NCBI GenBank assembly: GCA_030141605.1
Contig: JAQGDQ010000106.1
Coordinates: 62,001 to 126,000, forward strand
Direction of reading: 5' to 3'
Source: Tubiluchus corallicola
Taxonomy: Eukaryota; Animalia; Priapulida
Length of the DNA: 64,000 nucleotides
The position numbers were made by a program, and so were the translations under genes. Positions 12,801 to 24,800 of the stretch are shown piece by piece. The notes under the pieces were generated by a model. That model ran no database searches, was not told the origin of the DNA, and saw nothing but the letters and a program-made list of their open reading frames with translations. Positions within the stretch are counted from its first letter, which is position 1, and each line of letters begins with the position of its first letter.

Positions 12801-15800
12801 GTGCATGCGTGGGTGCCTGCCTGTCTGTCTGTCTCTGTCTGTCTGAGTATGCGTGCGAATATATGGCCTGTCTGTAACTAGTTTCTTAGAGCTAGAGTGC
12901 TAAGTCTTCACTGGAAGCATCTTTGGTCAAATGTCATAATCCTCGAGGTATCAAATATAAGAGTCAGGAGACTTACAGCATCGTTGGTGCTCTGGTTAAT
13001 GTGTACTGTGAAATATCTTCCATTCTTTTACATTTTTTCTAGGGTTTAGGATATCCATTAGGCCCCATGGTGAGTCCATTGTTGTCACACTTGCTGTATA
13101 ATAAAGAGCTCGTCCAGGCAAACAAACTTGGTAAGAACTTTGTAAAACTGTTCTTTGTCAAATTTGATATGGCATTCGAATGGCATTGTGGGACAGCAAA
13201 AGAGTGGCTTCTGCTTGTTAATCTTCGCCTACCAATACTTAGGTACACTCCAAATGTTTGCCAAATATAGCTGTTTTTTACTTTTAATTATCAGCACTTA
13301 TCCCTTTCTGTGTTTCGTTGTTTTCATTACATACAGATCTTATTTGATGTCCCTGTGTGAAATGTATTACAGAAATTAACGAATTTTGGAAAAATCTTTT
13401 TTATACTTCAGCATGGTAAAGTAGGAATAAGTTAAAAGGTTATGTTACTACAGCATTCACAAAATCATTAAACAGAATTTGTCGTTAACCCAAATAAGTA
13501 AGTTTCCAGGGGCGTTAAACTTTAGGACATGTATTACACATAATTAAATAAATGTGTCTTTATATGGGCGACTAATAAGACTCAAACTAGCTCTAAAAAT
13601 GGCGTGCATCGAACTATAGCATTTGTCTGTAAAATCTGTCCAGTGGAGACTTCAATGTACTTTCCATAAGACTAAGGCAAATCAAGAATGCATTTACTGT
13701 CTACCACGAGAGGCTCTGGCTAGAAACTGTCGATAAGGAAGGAGGCCGCAGAATGGAAAGGAAATGGAGGCCGCAAACTCAGGACATATAACAGCTTTTT
13801 AGAGGCAGTTTAGGATAAGAAAATATGTAGTTTGGAGTGCTAAATTTAGATATGGGGTTGCTTTATTTCGATTCAGTCTTGTCGTCAACATAGGCTGCAC
13901 TTGCATAAACTAAATGTCTGAATTTTTCTTTAATATTCCAAAAAAACTCAAACTAACAGAAAAGGTTAATGCGCAACAATGCAGGTTGTAGCTATTGTGC
14001 TGCAAATGTGATTCTAGTTTACCGAACAGACACAACTAATCTACATTTGGTTGGTTTTTAATTTTTATCACTACTTATATTCTTTGATTTTCCTTAGTGT
14101 AGTAAGGACAACTAGTAACAATATACTCATTTGCAGTGATTTTAATCATATTAATTTGCTGCATATATAGCCAGAGTTTTTAATTGCTTTTATTTTCTTT
14201 TTAAGTTTTGCAGCGGCCATGCAGAGTTTTAACAAATCAGCTTATAAGACCTCTGGCCTTTGCCTTCTCACACACAAATGACATGGAAACATCATTAAGC
14301 TTGTTACAATTCTTCATCGAGCACACCGTGGACGTGCATGAGACAGACTATGTTGGTCAATTTGTGCTAGACTATGTCCAGCTGAAGAAAAACGAAGGTT
14401 TAGAGGAATTGTTGACAGCTTTAGAGCGCAAGAGATTGCTGCTGTCGGCCACATTGGCAGACGAAATTCGGGAACAACTAAAGGGTTCTCTTTCTAAGCG
14501 AACCTCCTTGTTGTTAGATGGGATGTCTACGACGGAATTGAGACCACCCCCTAGAGAAGAGGATATCTTGATGACTCATCCACGGGATATGTCAGTAGAT
14601 GAACTAGAAAGCTTGTTTATTGAAATGAGGAACAAGAATATGAATACTAGAGGAGTGTTGCGACATTTGCTGTTACAACACTGTCGCTTAAAGGTAAATG
14701 TAGTACTAGGTATACCTAGAATATTCAGGTGAGATTTTACCAGGTGCTTGTTATCAATATCATTCACCAATAGAGAAAAACGTTTTAGTTCCTCAGTTTT
14801 TAGTTTCAATCAGGCACTTCTAATATAAACATTATTCACCAATAGGTAAGGAAGTAAAAGTCCCCAGTTTTAGTTCCAGCTGAAAAACCTTACTGCTTCT
14901 AGGTTGTCAGTAAATTTCTTTGGCAAGATTTTACCAGGCACTTGTTATCAATATCGTTCACCAATAGGGAAGTAAGTAAAAGTTTCTCAATTTAGCTACA
15001 ACTAGAAAGCTTTGTTGTCTCTAGGTTGTCAGTAATTTCTTTAGTGAGATTTGACTTCTAATCTTGTCTCATGGGCAACCACAAAAATAGCCTATCATCT
15101 TACAAAATTTATTTGTTGTATTTATGCACTTAATGATCTGAAGTACTAATGCCCGCTTTTCTTAGGCCGTTGTCAGAAATATCCATCCAAAACATAATAG
15201 TTAATTATCCCAGCTTGATTTATGTGGGTGTTTGCCCTCCTTTGGCTTATTAAATTGTAGTTTCCCTGATGCAATCAACTTTTCACACAGTCATTCTATT
15301 CATAAGAGATCCTAGTTTTTTGTCCTTTCTGTCATATTTACTGCAGAAACTTGATAATTTTGCCATATATGCTTGACAAGTTTTTGGTGGAAAACACAAA
15401 CGTAGGTAGTCTTTTGGTATTTCTCGTTGGAGTAGAAGTTCAAGCACTGTGTTAATGCTTGTGGTTTTACATTGGCAGAACAAAGAGCGAGCAGTGGAGA
15501 TCAAAAAAGAGTTAGATATGATGTCTTTCCGGTACAGCGGCGGCATGTATGCCATGTTAGTCGAGATGGCTTGTTATTCCGGAGATCTAGAATTAGCTGA
15601 GCACTATTACAATCAGCTGTGAGTATATGGATTTTTTATTTGTTTATGTTAGTAATGGAAATTTTTTGGCAAATGTTTAATGGTCATAGTTAGCAAAATT
15701 GTAGACTTCTTATTTTAAAAAATTTATGAAAAATAATCTGTTTTTATTTATTTTATTATTTCATTTTAGTGTCACCTTGTTACATATAGTGCATAATTTT

Positions 15801-18800
15801 TTAAAAAATAGTATACATAAAATGAGCTGCTCATTTAGAATCATGAGAGACTATTAGATACTATGCAGAGTACATCGTATAAAAACACAGCAGTGTATAT
15901 TTTAGCTGTAGAAGAAAAAGCTGCACGAATGGTCACTAATGATATTAGATGGTCACCATCAAATTTGAACCTGGTAGAAAAATATTCGGTTAAAACGTGC
16001 AACTCGGACTCAGTATTGTTACTGTTACAAGGCAAGCACAAGCTTTGGTTTTCATTTCAACCTTCATACCTTCCAGTTTCCAATCGAAATAAAGCAACCC
16101 CATATCCAAATTTAGCACTCCAAACTACATGTTTTCTTATCCTAAACTGCCTCTAAAAAGCTGTTATATGTCCTGAGTTTGTTTCTTTCCATTCTGCGGC
16201 CTCCTTCCTTATCAACAGTTTCTAGCCAGAGCCTCTCGTGGTAGACAGTAAATGCATTCTTGATTTGCCTTAGTCTTATGGAAAGTACATTGAAGTCTCC
16301 ACTGGACAGATTTTACAGACAAATGCCGTAGTTCGATGCACGCCATTTTTGGAGCCAGTTTGAGTCTTATTAGTCGCCCATATAAAGACACATTTATTTA
16401 ATTATGTGTAATACATGTCCTAAAGTTTGATGCCCCTGGAAACTTACTTATTTGGGTTAACGGCAAATTCTGTTTAATGATTTTGTGAATGGTGTAGTCA
16501 CATAACCTTTTAACTTATTTCTACTTTGCCATGCTAAAGTATAAAAAAGATTTTTCCAAAATTCGTTAATTTCTTTAAAATATGTATCTACTAAGAGATT
16601 TTGTTAAATTTCTCAGACAACAAATAAATCCCGAGAATTCGTCTTTAATCGAGGTACAGGTCATTGATTAACGTATTATGTCTGTTTTGCCATTTTTGTA
16701 TGAGAAGATGACAATTTTTAATTTTTAAGATATTTTGTTACATTTTCAAATTTCATCAGCAAAAAATTTCAGGATGGATGCAAATTAAGAAGGGTTGCAG
16801 AGGTAGATTTAGCTCTTAAGCGATACTTCAGTATAAGGGTATGCCTTAAATTGACCAAATTTTGTGAATTTAATATCCATGCACAGTTTAGGTTTAAGAA
16901 AAGTCGAAAATTGTTTACATTTTTAAGCCACTTTGTGAAGATTGGATAAACACCTTGTATGAGGCTCTAACAATTTTTGCTGAAGTTTGGTCAACTGTCT
17001 TTAAAGTTTCTTTGTGACTGTTAACTTCAAACGTCAACTACGCTGATACGACACAAGGTAGTGTCCTGTTTACTTTAGTTTTTTTTTTCTAGATTACATG
17101 TTGTAATTTTTTGTTTTTTTTGTTAGGGTTGAATACCTCCCCAATTTTGTCCTGGATTTTCATAAAATAGTTAGCTTTTCTAGATTACATGTTGTAATTT
17201 TTTTAGGGTTGAATACCACCCCAATTTTGTCCTGGATTTTCATAAAATAATTAACTTGTCTGCTCTAATGGCTGAGCGTGACAAGACACAAGGTGAGTGT
17301 TTGCTAATTTTTCATGCTTTAATACTATTTTCTCTATTTTTGTAGCGTTATGGCAATGCCCTTTTGAAGTATTACAAGTTATAGCTGTAAAAAAGTATTA
17401 TTAAATCACAACTTGCATAGATATTGGTTGACCTCAAATTGCCCTTATCTGATTTCCCTGGCCAGAATTGCAGCTAAGGAACTGCCACCTAATCCCTTCA
17501 AGACTGAAAACAAATCCATTAAACAATTCTCAAAGAAAACGATAGCTATTTCAAATCATTGGTTCTACAATTTTTTAGGTTTAATCTTTGATACTTGTAA
17601 TTTTCTGTTACCAGATGCCATAAATTTGATGGCAGGTTATGCTGAGAAACTTGGAGACACAGACGTAAACGATTACGTACAGCCCAACTTGTTTCGATTG
17701 TTTAACGTGTGCGCAGAGAAAGGCAATGTTAGAGCAACAAAAGTGCTCATGGACATTGTGTTTAAGAAAGAACTGCAACAGCCAACAAATATGTTAATGG
17801 GGTGTCTCGTGAAAGCTCATATTAAGAAGTAAGTTCTGATTTACTTTACATAGTTACGGTTATAAATACTCAATATAATTATTTTACTTAATTTATTTGA
17901 TGACTAACTTAGTTTGGTGGTGTCACATTGTCATCTAAATAACATACAGTATTGTGGTTTGTGGTATAACGGTTTTGACTTTGACAACTCTATTCGTACA
18001 GTTCAGTTGTGACAACGTAGCTGGGCTGCACTCGCCAGCAGTTCGATAATTTTTCTAAGCTAACATCTAATTAAAAGAACGATTTTGGCAATTCTTGTAG
18101 GTGACAAAATGTATATTTTTTACCTTTCTGCAAAATGGGATAACATTTGAAAAATAAACCTTTTTGCCTTTAAATTTCCAGCAATGACAGTGAAGGAGCA
18201 TTTGCCGCTTTTAAAGAGATAGCTGCAGAACACAGAGTCACTCCATGGAAGAATGAATTATTCCGGTTGTTGATAGAAAAAGAAGATGTCCAGAAGTTAC
18301 AAGAAGGTAGCGTACCCGTTTCTCATTATTTTCATCCAAATTTTGAAAAAGCACCTGTTAGCTATTGTCTTTGTTGCATTTCATCTAAGTGTGATGCAAT
18401 AAACATCTCTCATGGCAGTACAGTTTGCAGCATTTGAGAAGTGTAGGAATAATTCTCACGTATTAAATACAGTAAATACTCTTTCCAAGTACTTTATGCT
18501 TTTATAGAGGGGCGTGAACGAGTACCAAACTAAGACACTTGTTCAAAGTATTAACAAATTACTTCCTTGATAAACAAATTAAGGATAAGAATTGTGCTAC
18601 TGACTTGGTGATGTTGATACAATGTTTACATGTTTTACTTTTTTAATTACAAGATATGGCAAATATGTGGCAAATACTTACGTGTGCCATAATGGCACGA
18701 AAAATGCTGTCCATGTGATGAAAATAACAATGCACCTGATTAAACATGATGCTGGTTATTAGCTCTAACTGACGGACAACACAATTTTTGTCGGTATTCT

Positions 18801-21800
18801 TATTTTTTATTGTGGCTATTCATGTATTTGTTTATATCTGTAAAAGTAGTGATATTTGTATGTTGTTTTTTATATAGTGAAGGATATTAGCAGTAAAGTT
18901 CATGGAGAAATAAACACCTTGTTTGATCTTGCATTTGCCTTCATAGAATGTGGCAAAATCCCTCAAGCCAAAAAGATAATCGAGGTATCAGTTTGGAAAA
19001 TTTCAATGATATTTTATTGTAACTTGGCTGCTAATTTCTTTTGAACTTGCTGGTTATTAGTCAAGTGGCTTGGTTATCTAGCATTTTTTAATGTGGCTTT
19101 TAGTCTCAAACTTTGTTAAACAAACATACAACAACAAGTACTTCTGCAATCCAGTAGAACAGTTTTTGTCAAACTATTATTAATTTATAAGGTGTCAAAA
19201 TAATTAATTTACTCCTAGATTTTGTAGATTTTGCATGTTATGAAAGCCTATGATAAAACTGACAAATGAATGCCGTGAAAGTAATAATATTTGTAGTGAA
19301 GTGATAATGAAAGTTGTACTTCGAAAATGTGCTCAATTACTGCAATATTTAACATTAATGCGACAGAAGTATTATGAAAATTTTTTCTAATATTCAAAGA
19401 ACATGCAATTCTGTTTTGTGTATTGATAACTGAGGATTGAAAAATAAGTGAAAATGTCCCGAATACCAAATATTAGACCATATTTCATAATTATCTGCAG
19501 CCTAACATACTAAAATGTACAATATTGCTTCCTACAGCTGACTCATGTTAAAGAATTATTGCCTCGGCGATCTGAGTTCATTATCTTTTTGCTCATTTTC
19601 AACCATATATATATATATATATAGAGATAGACAGATAGATAGATACATACATGCATACATACATACATACATACATACATACATACATACATACATACAT
19701 ACATACATACATACATACATACATACATACATACATACATACATACATACATACATACATACATACATACATACATACATACATACATACTTGTTTGAGC
19801 TTTTCGGTAACGTGCAAAAAATACGTATAATGCCACTTAGATAGAAGATCACAACAGCTGTGTGAAATCATGTCTCATCCCAGTGATAAATACTAACACA
19901 AGAAATTCTGAAAATAAATTTTATTGAGTTGTATTTGTATTACAGGCACACAAAAACATTTACAGTTAAAAACAACACAACTTTATTAAAACCTTTACAT
20001 TAAAAAGTAAAAAGTTAAAATCAAATTAAGTTATTCATTACCTATTAGGCTTCTGTTAACTACTTAATTAGTGCATAATTGGGTCTGCCTATATAAACTG
20101 GTTGTATGTTTGTAAATTTACCACATTTGATGACAGCAGCAGCTAGTCGAAACGTACAGCATGATTTTAACTTTTAACTATTTTATTTTATTTTCATTGT
20201 CACCCAGCTGTGTCATATATCACTTGCTTTTGCATACATGTGCAAGATACTCCTTGAATTCGAAGATTTCCACCATTATATATATATTTGCCCAGTGTTA
20301 ATGCTATCACTAGTTAACATTTTATTATTAGAAGCTAATAATAGTTAGTAGTTAATAAACAGTAGATAGATCAAAATAAGGTGTAGTAGGAAAATTTTTT
20401 TCTTCTAACTACTATCATGGCATGACTGTTTTTCTCAAATGCTGTTTATTACAATTAGACACCCGGTCTACGAGCAAGAAATGACAGACTCACACATCTG
20501 TGCGAGTTTGCTCTGAAGAATGGCAAGACAGAAGCCGTGGAACAACTAGTCAAAATCACCAGAGACCTACCAGATTGTGATCGTGATCTTTTGTATTACA
20601 ACTTGTTACGTGATTACAGTGAGTATGAGATTGAGTTGCAATTCCTGCAGTTTTCTCCATAATGAAAATACAAAAAATCTGTTTAAATGCAGTTAAATAC
20701 ATGTAGTCTTTTATGTTATGATTACATGTGTACCATAAAAAATTGTAGCATAGTTACTTTTATTTATTTATTTTTTTTATTAACACACATTGTTACTCGG
20801 TGCCACTTATTCCTATCTGTTTCAAATAGCTAATCTCAATACTTCTTCAGAATATGAGAGTGTGTTCTAGTATGATTGCTTAGAGTAGTCTAACAATGAA
20901 CCACAGTTTTTCTATTAATCTGACAAAGTTATCAATACTTGGAAACAAGTTTCCTTTGTTAGATCTCATGGTCTTTCTCGCTAAATTTTTGTTTAACCAT
21001 TTCATTTTAGTATTTTGGTTTTGTACTGACAAGCATCTGTAGTTTTTATTGTTCACTTTCACATTATATAGCAATATGGGTTCTACTGGTATTGAATAAA
21101 TGTCATTTTTGGTTTATGTGAGAAGTCTGACATTCAAATGATGTGTGAGCTTAGAATTTATGAACTTATCATTTAACCGGTGGTTAGAATGGTTGCGGTG
21201 TACAGGAAAGCTTAGTTTATTTATAAGAGCAATTTTCTAAGATGAGATATTGAATCAGTACGTTTCTGAGCCACATTTGGATTCATATACGATGTCCATA
21301 AACCAGTGGTCCATAAAACTGCTCAACAACTCTTGTCGATCATCCATTCATTTACTAATCAGGCCAGGCATGTTTTACTTTGGTTTTGAAGCAAAGGCCA
21401 TGGCCACTTACATTTGCTGTCAATCCTGAAGTAACAGATGAGCAAAGGGCTTTGTAGTGATTTTCTCGTACAATTTCCAGGTTGAATGCTAGTAAGATTT
21501 AATCTTAGTAAGTATTTCAACAGGTATTTAAATACAGAAACACAACTTTCGATAGGTGCGGCAGTGAGAGGTCTTATGCTTTACTGTAATTTAATAATTT
21601 CTACGTAATGAAGTTATAAAAGGTTGGTGAATTTTTTTTAAATCTCTGCTTTTTATAAATCCTGGTACAGAAAATTTTCAGTACAACAATGCAACTGGAA
21701 ACGTTCAGACAACAAGCATAAACAATGATGTAACTCAGTTCTTATGGCATCGTTTTTTTTAGGAAAAACAGGAAACTATCAGAAAGCACTGGGCATTTGG

Positions 21801-24800
21801 ATGTCCATGCAAGAAGAAAACGTGCAACCTACGGATCGCACATTGCGTTACATTGGCAATATTCTACAAGAGCATGATCAGCCTGTCCCATTTGACATTC
21901 CTCCGGGCATACAACTAGGGACAACTCCTGCAGCTGAGGTATTACTTCATAATAACTAATGAGTATTTCTTGCTTTTATTATTTGTTTGACACTCTTAAA
22001 TTTGGTTATGTTATAAAGGTTGATTTTATTATTTTACTACATTTCACATGTGGCCTATGTTTTGTAATATTTATGATTTTGCTCTGTCTTTCTAGAAACA
22101 TAGTCAAACATTAATGAGCTACATCCTGGAGCAAGATTTGCCTGAAGCGCTAAAAGAAAAGGAAAGGTATTTGTGAATTCTGCGCGTTTATTCCACTTCA
22201 GACCTTGACAAGAATTCATTGGCTAAAATCAAAAATCCCGAGCAGCAGTCTGTTTGATATGTCTATCTAAATAGTGTGTTTTTGTGACTGCTCCAGCTTT
22301 TCGACTGCTCAGTAGCAGCTACATTTTCAATTACAATTTTTGACAAGTTAAGGTGAAAATTTCTCTTGCGTAAGTGAACTTGCATGACAAAAATGTGTTT
22401 TTTGGTCGAACTAAGGTACATCTACAGAAGAGTTATCAAGTAGTGGTTCTTAATAAACATTAAATTTGCATACATAATTAATTAGTGTGACATTTTCAGG
22501 ATGCAGGAAGCTGGTGAATCTCTTTCCATCAAAGATTACTCTTCACTTTTAGAACTAATAATCCACAATGAAGATTTTGCAGGTATTGTATAACATGTAT
22601 TTAAAACATAATTTTACTCGCAAGTTTCACATTCGATTGGAAGTAATTCAAAGCAGACATTTGAATGGTGAGAATCTTTGCATTTACAGGTTTGAGTGCC
22701 GTCAATTTTACGTACATGTGTTTTGTAATAATTATGATGCCATCATTGACAGCTGTGATGACAATGAATAAAATGAATAATGATGATGGCGATATTGATA
22801 ACAATGACGGTGATGTCAACATCAATATGGTTGTTCATAATTGTAGGTGCTGTCGAACTGACTAATGAGATGCTTGATAAAGACTTGCATCCACATATTC
22901 CGGTTTTCAAATTCTTGATGAATCGTCTTAGTGCACAAGGGGAAGTTGACCACATCCTGCAGTTGAAATCAAAACTTTCTGAAGAACTTCAGTCACGATT
23001 GATGCTTCAGAAGTGTCTAAATATTGCTTACGTCAACAGGTTTGTTTTCAGTTATCCTCAGTTTATTACAATGATCAGCCCAATTAAATAAAACAAGTTC
23101 TTTTGTCGTGATGTTTAGTGACTGTGAAGAGTCTTTGGCCAAATTATTTCATCAGGAAAATAAAGAAGAATAAAATACAATATTGATGCAAGTGCCATCA
23201 TCATAAAAATGTGGCATCCCTGTGTGCTGTGCAGTACATTCCATAGTTATAATGGGCGTTGTCTAATGGTCTCTTTTTTGATGTTTATATCAAAAGTGGG
23301 CTAAGTTTAGAAAATAGAATTTTGCGTCTATTGTACTTTTTTAATCATCAAGCTATCTTACTGCTTAATGTATGAAACAGCTTATTTGTGTGAGATGGTA
23401 CCAAACACATCTTTTTAGTTGAAATTTAACAGACGTTCTTGAGCTTGGATAAAATTCAGCTGCATGTAAAATTGCATTTAAAAGAATTTGTATGACTGCT
23501 AAGTACAGATACAATATTATTTTTAGCGGAAGGTACGAAGAATGTCTTCAGCAGTTTGAATCCTTTCCGGAAAATGCTGAACGGTTAGGAGGTATTCTCT
23601 TCTTACTAAAGAAGTTCCCAGAACAAGCTGAAAGAGGTATAAAGAGTTGAACTTGACACTGGTTTTGACATTACATGCAATTTTGATGTTTTATGTAATG
23701 AAAAAAAATATTTTTTATGATTTGGCATTGCAAAATTGTTACTCACTAAAAAGTAACATCAGACATAACATTAGAGATTGAACACAACTGTTCCTTGTTG
23801 TAGACATTCTTTCTCCTGTTTTAACAGTGTCTTGGTACTTATACTTTAGAATATATTCTATCAGTCAAAGTAACTTGAGTTCGTAAAAAACTTAGTGCTC
23901 TGTACACTTTGTCTCTCAACACATTTATTAAGCTTTTTTGGCAGCACAGAGTCCTAGAATTAATGCACTAAGCATAATAGATACCAAACAGAAGGCCCGT
24001 GCTTGTTCTATTTACTTGATAAGTAGCAACAATTTGTCACTGGCAGCTATGAGAGTCTCCTTATTCTTTTAAGAAAAACCTGTTTCTGTTTTTTTGCTAT
24101 AGTTAAAGAATTGGCAAAGACAAGCCAGCCAAAATTCTACTGTGTGCTTTGGCAGCATTACATGTTAAACGAACAGTATAGCCAGGCGGACGAACTTGAA
24201 AAGGTGTGCAAAAGATAATGTAATTAAGCCAATTACAGACAAAGGTGAAAAGTTTGCTAGAAATTACTGATTAAGATGGTAACAGTATAACTGGCATCTA
24301 ACATAAATATGAGTGTCAAATAAACCAGTTAATACAACAAACTGAGCTTGTAGATTATATGGTAGAGATAGATATTGCACGGCTTACATAAATGGGTCGG
24401 GGAGTGTAATTACAGTCATTAGATGGAAGCCAAAAAAGTCAATAGGCTTCTTTCAGTGGTGAATGCATAGTGATTGTAAAAAAAGTGTGTCAACTCCTTC
24501 ATTTGTGATTATTGTGGTATTTGTGGGCTGTTTCCCATTAACACATTACAGTACTATCATGGACAGTGATCAGATCAAATTTATTTTAATTGTATGAAGT
24601 GGCTTAGTTCGTGTTAATGTTTTTCACTTGTGTTCAAGGTTTTAATAATTTTTTTTGTAAAGGACTATACACACAGTGTGACAGCAATCACACTTCGCTT
24701 AGGCTTAATAGTAACAATAATGACATTTGTAAAAGGATAATTAATGTACATGGTGAAAGACAATCATAATGAAGTAGTAAAAATGCTTTTCAATTTCATA

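Noticed and set aside
13371-16574. A single long-TIR transposon that captured exons
   Set aside because: The enclosed exons are integral in-frame parts of LRPPRC and no target-site duplication is evident.
19543-19871. Four ORFs with YVCM/IHTY repeats
   Set aside because: They are translations of a (TACA)n microsatellite in an LRPPRC intron.
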